Shown here one piece after another: positions 47,174-55,997 of a stretch of 64,000 nucleotides of DNA. Position 1 is the stretch's first letter. Each line of letters starts with the position of its first letter. The DNA is from Vulcanimicrobiota bacterium. GTDB taxonomy: Bacteria > Vulcanimicrobiota > Xenobia > Xenobiales > JADMJV01. Under the pieces are notes generated by a model. That model was given only the letters and a program-made list of their open reading frames with translations, was not told the origin of the DNA and made no database searches. The stretch lies in the NCBI GenBank assembly GCA_050250895.1, contig JBFWNU010000002.1, forward strand, positions 791,659-855,658, given 5' to 3'. The translations under genes were made by a program, and so were the position numbers.

Positions 47174-47698
47174 TCATATTCGTTGCCAGAGGTGGTGCAG
47201 CCCGACCCGTTTGACCGTGCCCGAGGCCTCGGGCGGTTGGAAATCGCTGACCCTCAAAGGGTGAAAAACATGGCGGATGTCGAGCGGGACTCGCATGGGC
47301 TCCATCCAGACTCGAACGACATTCTGCTCGTCGATAATGCGAAATTCGACCGTGGCGAACTCTCGTCGCAACTCGCGGCGTAGCAATCTCTCGCGGTCGA
47401 CATCGAGCGGGCCAGGCCCTTCGGTTTCAAGCAGGCGACGACTCTGGCGCCCGAAATAGAGCAGCTCTTCGAGGGCGGGGCTCTCTTCGGTCATCGGCTC
47501 GTCGGCGAAGGCCGTCAGCAACTGGTGGAAGCGCTCTTGGGACAGGGGAGGGGTGGGATGGTTCGACAGGGCGCAGCCCGACGAGCACATCGTTTTGCCG
47601 TGCGGGTGGGGCACCGCCAGCGTCGGTCCATCGAGCCCGTCGGCAGCAGTCGGTAGAGCCAACCAGAGTAAAATGATGAAACCGATGAGTGCTGACAT
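47174..47698 (-). CDS. hypothetical exported protein
   Basis: Signal peptide MSALIGFII; CSSGC; GTVKRVGLHHLWQRI; co-oriented with DUF2330-like gene. Confidence 0.72.
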   Translation of the reverse strand: MSALIGFIILLWLALPTAADGLDGPTLAVPHPHGKTMCSSGCALSNHPTPPLSQERFHQLLTAFADEPMTEESPALEELLYFGRQSRRLLETEGPGPLDVDRERLLRRELRREFATVEFRIIDEQNVVRVWMEPMRVPLDIRHVFHPLRVSDFQPPEASGTVKRVGLHHLWQRI

Positions 47699-47791
47699 GA
47701 TCTCCCCCTGTCGCCAGGACGACTTTTCTTCTTCCGCGGGATCTCCTGCGAAGAGGGTTCCTCCTGCGGCCAAGAGAAATTGCCAGAGCCC

Positions 47792-48298
47792 ATGAAGAAC
47801 CTCTCGCGCTGCCTCTTACTGTTCGCTCTCTTCGCGCTGCCGGCCCTGGCCCAGACCCGCGAAGACCAGCTCAAAACTGCCTTCGTATACCAATTCATTC
47901 GCTACGTCGAGTGGCCCCAACCCCTGACCACAGCCCGCCTGGCCGTGGTCGGCGAAGGCGAGTTCGCCGACGCCTTGATGTCGCTCGAGGGTCGCGACGC
48001 CGACGGGGTCCGGATCGAGGTTCGTCCGGTGGCCGACATCAGCGAGCTGGGGGGCTACGACGTGATCTTCGTGAGTCGTTCTCACGCCACGCTCATCCCC
48101 TCCATTCTCGAACAGCTCCGCGGAAAGCCCGTGCTGACGGTGAGTGATTCAGCCGGCTTTTGCAAGGCCGGCGGGGGCATCGAATTGACCGAGGTGCAGA
48201 ACCGGCTGCGCTATCGCGTGGCCCTCGAGGCCCTGGCGGAGGCCGGCCTCAAGCCTGGCGACGCTCTGCTGAAGTCGGCTCTTACCGACCTCCAGTGA
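47792..48298 (+). CDS. YfiR/DUF4154 family periplasmic protein
   Basis: EDQLKTAFVYQFIRYVEWP, PVLTVSD, GGGIEL. Confidence 0.88.
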   Translation: MKNLSRCLLLFALFALPALAQTREDQLKTAFVYQFIRYVEWPQPLTTARLAVVGEGEFADALMSLEGRDADGVRIEVRPVADISELGGYDVIFVSRSHATLIPSILEQLRGKPVLTVSDSAGFCKAGGGIELTEVQNRLRYRVALEALAEAGLKPGDALLKSALTDLQ

Positions 48299-50268
48299 GC
48301 CCTGGCGAGGGGGCCCTCGAGGCTCTGCTCGAGGATCTTCGCGACGACGGTCGGGCCGAGTCCTCCGGCGGCTTCAGCCTGGACCCCGTTCGCGGCCTCG
48401 AGCTGCTGCGCACCCATCTCGAGCCCGATACCTATGTGCTGCACCTGGTGTCGGCCGCACTCGTCTCGGGGGCCCAACGACTCGACCTCGCCCTCGACTC
48501 TTACGAGTTCAGCCTGAGCTGGCACCCCCGTTTGACGGTCGAGGCCTCGCTGTTGGAACGTCTCGACCGTTACCTCTTGTCGGAGCAGAGCCAGCAGAAC
48601 CTTTTTATGCGCGAGCTGGCCATCGGTTTCTACGCGGCCGCCATCGAGGAGCCCATCGAGATGTTCCTCGACGGTCCGGCCGGTCGATTGCGCCTGGTCG
48701 ACCACCGTCCGGCCCTCGAGCCTGGGAGCATCCCTCACTTTCGCTTTTACCGCCGCCTGGGGACCGAGGCCCGACGCCTGCTGCAAGGGCTGGTCAATCG
48801 CTTTCCAGAAGAGGTGGTGCTACGCAGGCGTTGCCGCCACTCGCCCGTTCCGATCTGGCTCAACCGACAACCCCTGCCCCGGGGGGCCGAGTTAGAAAGA
48901 ACACTCTTCGTTATCGGCCTCGAGGACGCCCTGGTCGCCTTTTGCCGACGCGAGCAGCAGGTCCGGTCGCGGTTGACCTGGGTAGTCAATGGGGTCGACT
49001 TCGAGGCCCCCGTCCGCGGCCTGTCCCAGGCCGAGACCCGGGTGATCGGCTGGAATTCGACTCTCACCAAGGACTTGACTGATAGCGGTCTGGTCGATAA
49101 CGACCACTACCAGGCGGTTCGCCGACGGTTGCGGGGAACGGTGGCCGAAGCCGCCGTCAGAGCGGTCGCCGCCGTGCCGGCTCAACTGACCGGGCGCGAC
49201 GGCCGCGGCGTGCTCTTGATGGCCGCCGACAGTTTGCGCCGGCAGGCTCGCCTGACCGAGCTAGCCCGGGTTTTCGAGCTTGTGCTCGAAGACCGGGCGC
49301 GCGAGTTGGGCCCCGACCACCCCGCCACCCGGCGGAGCCTGACCGAGCAAGCATGGCTCGAACAGTTGCGGGCCGGGCGACCCCACGAACCGGCCGCCCC
49401 GGCGGCCCCGGCCCAACAGCGTCTTGAGCAAGCCGAGGTCAGGTTGCGGACGGGACCGAGCCAGAGCGCCCTGAGTCAGCGGGCTGTCGCCCTGTTCGAG
49501 CTAGGTCGGGCCGAAGAGGCCGAGAAGGTGGCCCAGGCTGCTCTCAGACAAGCTTTGCGCAACCATGGAGCGGTCCACCCTGAAACCGCCGGGGCTCGCT
49601 CTTTGTTGGCTGGTCTGGCCCTGGCCACTCGCCGGCCCGAGGCTCTCGACCTGCTCGCTCAGGCCGACCAGGCCCTGGGGCCCGAATTGGCTGGCAGCCA
49701 CCACCACCGATTGGCCTTGCGGGCCTGCCGAGTCAAGGCTGGCGGCAACGACCCCGACTTGCTAGAGCTAGCGGTGGCGGCCTGGGGGGCCGATCACCCC
49801 TGTCTGGCCTGGCTCTACGAAGCTCTCGGTCAGCCGCAGAGGGCGCTCGAGCTGGCGGCTCTGGCCTGTCGCCGACCCTGGCGCGGCGATCCGTTCTTTG
49901 GGCTGCCCATCGGCTATGGCGGCTGGTTTACGGCGGCGCGCCTGAGCGAGCCGGTCTGGCAGCCGTTCATGATCGGCACGAACCTCGAGTGTCAGCGGTT
50001 GCTGCGACGATTGCTGCGCTCGAGCCAACCTGAGCTGGCTTCGGCCGTTCTGGCCACCCGAGTCGGATGCGAGTTCGAGCAGGGGCAGGTGCGTTTGCGC
50101 GTCGACAGCCCCCGTTCGGTGGTCGGGGTCGAGGTCGGTGATGTCCTCTTGCCCGTTCTTGCCGGCCAACGCGAGTGGGTGGTGCCCTCACCCGCAGCCC
50201 GCGTTTGCGTGGTCTTCGACGACGGTTTCGCCTGGACCGAGGCCATCGGCCAGGAGTCGCCGCTCTAG
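48295..50268 (+). CDS. hypothetical protein, degenerate GHKL/Hsp90-like N-terminus plus TPR-like repeats
   Basis: GTGA-coupled start; ESSGGFSLDP...YVLHLVSAA...ELAIGF; LGPDHPAT, GAVHPETA, GADHPCLA repeats. Confidence 0.65.
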   Translation: MSPGEGALEALLEDLRDDGRAESSGGFSLDPVRGLELLRTHLEPDTYVLHLVSAALVSGAQRLDLALDSYEFSLSWHPRLTVEASLLERLDRYLLSEQSQQNLFMRELAIGFYAAAIEEPIEMFLDGPAGRLRLVDHRPALEPGSIPHFRFYRRLGTEARRLLQGLVNRFPEEVVLRRRCRHSPVPIWLNRQPLPRGAELERTLFVIGLEDALVAFCRREQQVRSRLTWVVNGVDFEAPVRGLSQAETRVIGWNSTLTKDLTDSGLVDNDHYQAVRRRLRGTVAEAAVRAVAAVPAQLTGRDGRGVLLMAADSLRRQARLTELARVFELVLEDRARELGPDHPATRRSLTEQAWLEQLRAGRPHEPAAPAAPAQQRLEQAEVRLRTGPSQSALSQRAVALFELGRAEEAEKVAQAALRQALRNHGAVHPETAGARSLLAGLALATRRPEALDLLAQADQALGPELAGSHHHRLALRACRVKAGGNDPDLLELAVAAWGADHPCLAWLYEALGQPQRALELAALACRRPWRGDPFFGLPIGYGGWFTAARLSEPVWQPFMIGTNLECQRLLRRLLRSSQPELASAVLATRVGCEFEQGQVRLRVDSPRSVVGVEVGDVLLPVLAGQREWVVPSPAARVCVVFDDGFAWTEAIGQESPL

Positions 50269-50284
50269 TTGGGAACGTTGGCCC

Positions 50285-50704
50285 ATGGACTTTCACTTCG
50301 AGCTGAACTCACGGGTCGAGCTTCGCGACCTCGACGCGCTCGGTCACGTCTACCACGTCAACTATCTGGTCTTCTTCGAAAACGTGCGCACCGCTTTCTG
50401 GTTCGACCTCACCGGCCATCAGGGTCTCGAGGCCCTCGATTTCGTGATGGCCACGGTGACCTGCAACTATCACGCGCCCGTCTACATGGGCGAGCAAGTG
50501 TGCTCACGCCTGCGGATCGAGAAGGTAGGCAACAAGAGCCTCACCCTGGCCTATGAGGTCTATTCCTCAAGCCAGGGCCGGGTGGTGGCCGACGGAATCT
50601 CGGTGCAAGTGGCTTACGACTATTCGAGCCGCCAGTCCAAGGCTATGGCTCCGGAACTCAAGGAGCGCCTGCTGAACTATTCGCGACCCAGAGCCAGAAA
50701 ATAG
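50285..50704 (+). CDS. acyl-CoA thioesterase (4HBT/hotdog)
   Basis: DLDALGHVYHVNYLVFFENVR, KVGNKS. Confidence 0.88.
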   Translation: MDFHFELNSRVELRDLDALGHVYHVNYLVFFENVRTAFWFDLTGHQGLEALDFVMATVTCNYHAPVYMGEQVCSRLRIEKVGNKSLTLAYEVYSSSQGRVVADGISVQVAYDYSSRQSKAMAPELKERLLNYSRPRARK

Positions 50705-51384
50705 CTCCAGGGAGGGTGATCGGGGGGGCGGCAGTCTACCTCGACGGGCTTTTTGCTGACGGGGTGAAGCAGTCCCAGTCGCCCCGACCAGAGGGCGATC
50801 TTTCCGCCGCGGAGGGGGCGCTTGGCTCCGTACTTCACGTCGCCCACCAGGGGGTAGCCGTGAGCGGCCAGTTGGGCACGGATCTGGTGATGGCGGCCGG
50901 TCATCAGTTCGACCTCGAGTAGAGAAAGCTCTCGGGCGGACTCTAGCAGACGAAAGCGCAGTTCGGCTCGTTTGGCCCCTTTGGCCTCGGACGAAACGAC
51001 GTAGGAGCGGTTCTGCTTGGCATTCTTGCGCAGATGGTCCACCAGTTGGCCGTGTTCGGGGGTCTGTCCGTGCACGACGGCCAGATAAGATTTGGTCAGG
51101 GTGCGGTCGCGAAATTGAGGGTGCAGGCGGGCGGCCGCCTTAGAGGTCTTGGCAAAGACCATCACCCCCCCGGCCGGCCGGTCGATGCGGTGCACCAACC
51201 CGACGAAGGCCTCGCCGGGCTTGGAGTAGCGCTCTTTAAGATAGCTCTTGACCCAGTCCAGCAGCGAAAGGTCGCCCGACGGGTCGGGTTGAGCCGGCAT
51301 GGAATGAGGCTTGGCCACGAACAGCAAATGGTTATCTTCCAGGAGGACTTTCGGTTCCACGCGAACGATTGCGTCGATGTCCAC
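50677..51384 (-). CDS. RluA family pseudouridine synthase
   Basis: VHRIDRPAGG, LMTGRHHQIRAQL, PLVGDVKYG. Confidence 0.93.
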   Translation of the reverse strand: MDIDAIVRVEPKVLLEDNHLLFVAKPHSMPAQPDPSGDLSLLDWVKSYLKERYSKPGEAFVGLVHRIDRPAGGVMVFAKTSKAAARLHPQFRDRTLTKSYLAVVHGQTPEHGQLVDHLRKNAKQNRSYVVSSEAKGAKRAELRFRLLESARELSLLEVELMTGRHHQIRAQLAAHGYPLVGDVKYGAKRPLRGGKIALWSGRLGLLHPVSKKPVEVDCRPPDHPPWSYFLALGRE

Positions 51385-51464
51385 CCGCTCCCCTTCTGGC
51401 GGTGCGGAAACTCGAGACGTCCCGGCGATGTTGTCAACAACATCTGACCACTTGAGGGGGTAGC

Positions 51465-53078
51465 ATGGAAAACAACCAGCGCGTTCAGGCCCGTGACGGC
51501 TCGGGAAAACTGGTGTTGCCAGACGGTGCCATGGTGCGGGATTATCAGGTGCGCTATCTCACCTCGGGAGGGATGAGCGTGGTTTATGTCGGCACCAAAG
51601 GCGAGCGCGAGTTTATCCTCAAAGAGGTGCCTGCCTCGAGCGTCAAAGAAGTGCCGGCTCTCATTCAGGAGAAGGGTCTGCTCGAGAGGCTCAACCATCC
51701 GGGCATCGTCAAGTTCGAAGCCCTCTTCGACCACCAGGACTTCTTCTATCTGGTGCTCGAGTTTATTCAGGGCCGGCCGCTCATCTGGTATCAGCGCGAG
51801 GGCAATCGGGTCAGCGTCGACCAGGTGCTGGATTGGGGAGTCCAGTTATGCGAAATTTTCGGCTATCTGCACCAGCAGGACCCTCCCGTCATTTATCGCG
51901 ACCTCAAGCCCGAGAACGTGATCCTCTCGGATGGCCAGTTGCGCCTCATCGACTTTGGCATCGCTCGCGTCCATAAGGGCGACCGCTCCTCGGACACCGA
52001 GCTGATGGGCACCGTCACGACCGCCTCGCCCGAGCACTACGGCAGCGGCGAGACGGATGCCCGGTCCGACATCTACACCCTGGGTGCCACGCTCTATGAT
52101 CTATTGTCGGGCGGACGCCGGGCGTCGCAGATGGCTTTCAAGTTCGCCCCCATTCGCGAACTCAACCCTGATGCGCCCCCGGCTCTGGAAGAGGCCCTGG
52201 CCACTGCTCTGGCTTTTAAGCCTGAGGATCGCTTCCAGAGCATGGAAGAGTTTCGCCAGGCTCTGTTACACTGCCAGGGCAAGGCTCCCAAGCCGGCCCG
52301 GCGGGCTCCCAGCGACGGAGGCAAAGGGCCCAGTCGGGGCCTGATCGCGGTGTTGCTGGTCCTGTTGCTGCTCGTTGGAGTGGGCTACAACTATGGAGTG
52401 GGCCCGGGCGCGCCGCCGGTCGACCCGGTCGAGAAGATCACCGAGAACAACCTCGATGGGGATGTCTTCTTCAGCGGCAAAGTCAACGAGCACGACGTGG
52501 TTACCCTGGGTGAAGACATCAGCCTGTTCGCCGTCAGCGATACTAATGCCAAAGCCGGTGAAGAAAGAGCCCGCACCGTAGCCGAGCGACTCAACAAGCT
52601 GTATCAGGCGCCCTGTCTGGTGTGCAGCCTGACCTGGCTCGAGCCCGAGGACATTCGGGTAGGGCGCTTCAAGGAGAATGGCGAGGTGGTGGTCTTTCAC
52701 GCCCACATGCACGATGGAGTGGCTGCCGCCCGCCCCTTTCTCATCGCCACCGTGACCGACGCTCAGGCCAAAGAGTTTGGCCAGCGGCCCCGCTTTCTGG
52801 CCGCTTACTGGCGCGACTTGCTACGCGACGTCATCGATCTCTCGCGGGGGACCGACGCTCGCTATTCAGCCCTATCGGGCGAACTCGAGGACGAACTGCT
52901 CGAGGCGCGCCATCAGATGGGTGACGCGGCCAACGTCAAGAACCTCCACCAGGTGCTCAAGCGGCTGACGGCCTCTAAGGCACTCAAACTGTCCGATGTG
53001 TTTCTGCAGGTGCCCGACCGGGCCTTTTCCTCCGACGACTTTCCCGAAGTCGAGGGATTCGAGCCTCTCAAAAGCTGA
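51465..53078 (+). CDS. Hanks-type Ser/Thr protein kinase with TM and extracellular domain
   Basis: GGMSVVY, ILKE, YRDLKPEN, DFG, SPE, SDIY; TM LIAVLLVLLLLVGVGY. Confidence 0.92.
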   Translation: MENNQRVQARDGSGKLVLPDGAMVRDYQVRYLTSGGMSVVYVGTKGEREFILKEVPASSVKEVPALIQEKGLLERLNHPGIVKFEALFDHQDFFYLVLEFIQGRPLIWYQREGNRVSVDQVLDWGVQLCEIFGYLHQQDPPVIYRDLKPENVILSDGQLRLIDFGIARVHKGDRSSDTELMGTVTTASPEHYGSGETDARSDIYTLGATLYDLLSGGRRASQMAFKFAPIRELNPDAPPALEEALATALAFKPEDRFQSMEEFRQALLHCQGKAPKPARRAPSDGGKGPSRGLIAVLLVLLLLVGVGYNYGVGPGAPPVDPVEKITENNLDGDVFFSGKVNEHDVVTLGEDISLFAVSDTNAKAGEERARTVAERLNKLYQAPCLVCSLTWLEPEDIRVGRFKENGEVVVFHAHMHDGVAAARPFLIATVTDAQAKEFGQRPRFLAAYWRDLLRDVIDLSRGTDARYSALSGELEDELLEARHQMGDAANVKNLHQVLKRLTASKALKLSDVFLQVPDRAFSSDDFPEVEGFEPLKS

Positions 53079-54722
53079 TCAGGACGCCAGTCGCCAGCTA
53101 CCGAGATGGTGGCTGGAACGCCGGGTCAGTTCGACGGTGGCGTCGGCAGGGTGGGCCGACACTTGCGAGGCGGTCGAAAGGGCGCCGTCAGCCGCCAACT
53201 CGAACCGCTGAAGCACTCGAGTGATGGCCATCTCGGCCTCCATCCGGGCCATCAGCTGTCCCAGACACAGGCGGCCGCCCCCGCCGAACGAGAACATCTT
53301 TTTGCTCTGGTTGGCGTGGCGGGTGCTGAGCAAGACAGTGGTGCCCTTCTTGACCGAGACTTCCTGGCCGGCCGGCCCGAGCCGGGTGTCTTCGAGAGCC
53401 TGGCGAGCGATGAAGTAGGACGGGGGATGTTCGGTGATGCTCTGGCGCCAGGCGCTGGCCACCCCTCTTAGAGCCTTGAGTTCCTTGAAGTCGGGGACGC
53501 TTTCTCCCACGGTCTGCGCGATCTCGTCGCGAACCTCGCTCTGCCGTCGGGGGTCGCGAGCCAGCTCGCAAAGGCTCCAGGAGATCATGCTGGCGGTGGT
53601 CTCGTGACCGGCTAACATCAGCGTCAGCACCTCGTGCCGCAAGCGTTGGTCCGAGAAGGGCTTGTCGGTCTGGGGGTCGCGGGCCGACAGCAAACCGTCG
53701 AGAGCGTCGCGCTGGCCAACTCCGGCCTGGCGGCGGGCAGCCAGCAACCGGTCGGCCCAGCCCTCGAGGGTGGCATAGGCTTGCCGGAGTTCTTTCCCTC
53801 CGGGCAGGCTGGCCCGGCTGACCCTACCGGGCAGCAGGGTTTCGGTGGCCACCGACCGTTTCACCGCGGCGAAGGCGTCGTTTAGCTCATCCAGGGCCGG
53901 GCCGTCGAGGTTGGCTCCGAAGAGGTGGGTCATGGCCACATCCAGGGTGAGCTTTTCTAGCCTGGCTTGCAGGTCGACTCGGACCTTTCCTCCCACGCCC
54001 AATTGCTCATCGAGGGCGTCCAGGTGGCGGTCGACCACGGCCGCGATGGAGGCCGTCTTCTCGTCGGTATGAAGAGCGTTACCCGAGAAATACGGTTCCA
54101 GGGCCTGCCGGGTGGTCTTCCAGTCCTGGCCGTTGTTGAGAAAGATGTTGTCGCGCCCGAACAGTTTGGCCAACCCGTGCGATTGCAGGCTCGATTTCTC
54201 GAAGCTGGACCCGTGGTTGTTTTCGGTGGCGATCAACACTTGCTGGGTGCTCTCGGGTCGCGCGTCAAACAACAGGGTGCCGGCCAGCGGCAGTTCTACC
54301 TGTACCACCGCGCCTTTGTCGTGGACGGCCTCGAAGACCTGGACCGGGTTGTCGAAATTCCGGGCCACGGCGGCGGCGAACTCGAACTTGCTCATGCTCT
54401 CGGGAGTCAGTCCCTGGCTGGCCAGATAGGGGCAAGCCCCGCCCCGGAACTCGGCTTGCTGGGCGTTGAGGGCCACCGCCGCCGGTCCGACCGGGGCCAG
54501 GCTGACCATCGAAGCCCCGGCTTGAACGGCTCGGGTCAGGCCGGGCTTGTCGGTCTGGGGGCCCAGCGGGCAGCGCACCTCCTGGGTGGCGTCCGCCAGT
54601 TCCAGGGCTAAAGAGGTGATCGAAGGAAGCGTTTCATCGATCGCGGCAGCCGCCGGCAAAGGTGCCGCAGCCGCTTTTCGCGGAGCAAAATGTCCGGCCG
54701 TGAGCCGGGGACCGATGAGCAT
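53079..54722 (-). CDS. cytochrome P450 (atypical)
   Basis: I-helix LAGHETT, heme motif FGGGGRLCLG; ExxR and PERF absent; long N-terminal extension. Confidence 0.88.
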   Translation of the reverse strand: MLIGPRLTAGHFAPRKAAAAPLPAAAAIDETLPSITSLALELADATQEVRCPLGPQTDKPGLTRAVQAGASMVSLAPVGPAAVALNAQQAEFRGGACPYLASQGLTPESMSKFEFAAAVARNFDNPVQVFEAVHDKGAVVQVELPLAGTLLFDARPESTQQVLIATENNHGSSFEKSSLQSHGLAKLFGRDNIFLNNGQDWKTTRQALEPYFSGNALHTDEKTASIAAVVDRHLDALDEQLGVGGKVRVDLQARLEKLTLDVAMTHLFGANLDGPALDELNDAFAAVKRSVATETLLPGRVSRASLPGGKELRQAYATLEGWADRLLAARRQAGVGQRDALDGLLSARDPQTDKPFSDQRLRHEVLTLMLAGHETTASMISWSLCELARDPRRQSEVRDEIAQTVGESVPDFKELKALRGVASAWRQSITEHPPSYFIARQALEDTRLGPAGQEVSVKKGTTVLLSTRHANQSKKMFSFGGGGRLCLGQLMARMEAEMAITRVLQRFELAADGALSTASQVSAHPADATVELTRRSSHHLGSWRLAS

Positions 54723-54776
54723 GATTTGAGACTATCAGCTTCGGCTTAAAAAAAACTGTTCGAAACTCGCCTCTGG

Positions 54777-54811
54777 AAAAAAGAGAAAACCCCGGGCTGG
54801 CGGGCCCGGGG
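54777..54811 (-). terminator. intrinsic terminator
   Basis: Minus strand CCCCGGGC-N6-GCCCGGGG-TTTTCTCTTTTTT. Confidence 0.8.
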
Positions 54812-54878
54812 CGAACTTTAGGAGTAGTGTGCAAGGGTCTTATCCCACGGACCAGCCGGCAGTCTAGAGGGTCAGTTG

Positions 54879-55121
54879 TTATGGTTTCTGAACAATTTCG
54901 AAGTCGGTCTCCCAGAAGCCGACCCGGTGGTTCTGGAGGTTCTCGACCTCGAGCCGAATCTGATAGCTCCCGGGCTGGACATCGGGCGGGATGGCAAAGG
55001 GGACCAGGGTTGCCTTGAAGTCGTGATAGTCGCCCCGCTGGTGCCGGACGGTCAGGGCCTGGCCGCAGTCCGGGCAGCGGGCGGCTTTTTCAATCAGGCT
55101 CTGGCAGTGGGGGCAGCGCAC
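54879..55121 (-). CDS. small zinc-ribbon protein
   Basis: CPHC...CPDC; starts immediately after FmdB-like stop. Confidence 0.55.
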   Translation of the reverse strand: MRCPHCQSLIEKAARCPDCGQALTVRHQRGDYHDFKATLVPFAIPPDVQPGSYQIRLEVENLQNHRVGFWETDFEIVQKP

Positions 55122-55469
55122 TTAGTCAGAACTGCTGCTGGTGCTACTGCTGGTGGATTCGGTCTTGGAGGATGTGGTCGACGCCGAGTCGCTCGAACCC
55201 GACGAAGAGTCGGAAGAACTCGAGTCTGCACCGGTCGACGAGGGGGTGGACTTGGAACCGCCATTGCCGCTGTAGTCGTTGACATGAAATCCGGTTCCTT
55301 TGAAAATGATGCCGGCCCTGGAGATCTTGCGTTTGAGTTCGCCCTGATTGGCCTCTTCATGTTCGAGCGACAGACAGCGACCTTCGCAAGTGGTGGGCTC
55401 TTTGCCGCTGCGGACCAGCACCTCGAGATCTTTGCCGCAGGCCTGGCAACGGTATTCGTATATTGGCAT
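55122..55469 (-). CDS. FmdB family zinc-ribbon protein
   Basis: MPIYEYRCQACG, GIIFKGTGFHVNDY, Ser-rich tail; GGAGG RBS. Confidence 0.9.
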   Translation of the reverse strand: MPIYEYRCQACGKDLEVLVRSGKEPTTCEGRCLSLEHEEANQGELKRKISRAGIIFKGTGFHVNDYSGNGGSKSTPSSTGADSSSSDSSSGSSDSASTTSSKTESTSSSTSSSSD

Positions 55470-55604
55470 GCTAACCTCCACCGGCCATAATAGCGGCCAG
55501 ACTGCCGGGTTTAAAGTTATGATGCATTAGAATTGCGTTAGAGTTGGCACCAGGGGGACAGTGTTGTCTTCACGAATCACCGGGTGGATTGGAGGGAGAA
55601 TATA

Positions 55605-55997
55605 GTGAAAAAGTTAGCTTTAGTAGGACTCGCTTTGATGTTGGTTTTGTTGGGCTGCGGACCGTCAGGTCCCCCACCCGGGGCCCGCAAACTGGCCATT
55701 GTGGTAGACGGCAAGCCCGGGACCCTGGAAGGCACCATCAAGGCCAACAACCCGGGTTCGGCCGGCTTGAGTTCAAAGAACTTCAAAATCGAGGTTCCCG
55801 GCAAGCTCGAGCTCGACGCCGGACCCTCGGAATACACCATCATCTTCTATAGCATGAACAGCTACTGGCTCAAGAGCTACAAGATCACCCTCGATGGCAA
55901 AGAGTTGCTGCGCGGGCGTGACATGGTGGTCGAAGACGACAAGGGACCACGCATCACCCTTAACGTCGAGGCGGCCACCCCGACCCCCAGCGAATGA
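55605..55997 (+). CDS. hypothetical lipoprotein
   Basis: MKKLALVGLALMLVLLGC lipobox; GGAGGGAG RBS. Confidence 0.8.
   Translation: MKKLALVGLALMLVLLGCGPSGPPPGARKLAIVVDGKPGTLEGTIKANNPGSAGLSSKNFKIEVPGKLELDAGPSEYTIIFYSMNSYWLKSYKITLDGKELLRGRDMVVEDDKGPRITLNVEAATPTPSE

Noticed and set aside
54735-54765. Sigma-28-like promoter (GCCGA element) upstream of P450
   Set aside because: No properly spaced TAAA -35; a sigma-70 -10 at leaderless distance fits better
54879-55121. Possible chimeric gene remnant (zinc ribbon plus beta-strand tail)
   Set aside because: No frameshift or stop evidence for a pseudogene; kept only as a low-confidence CDS
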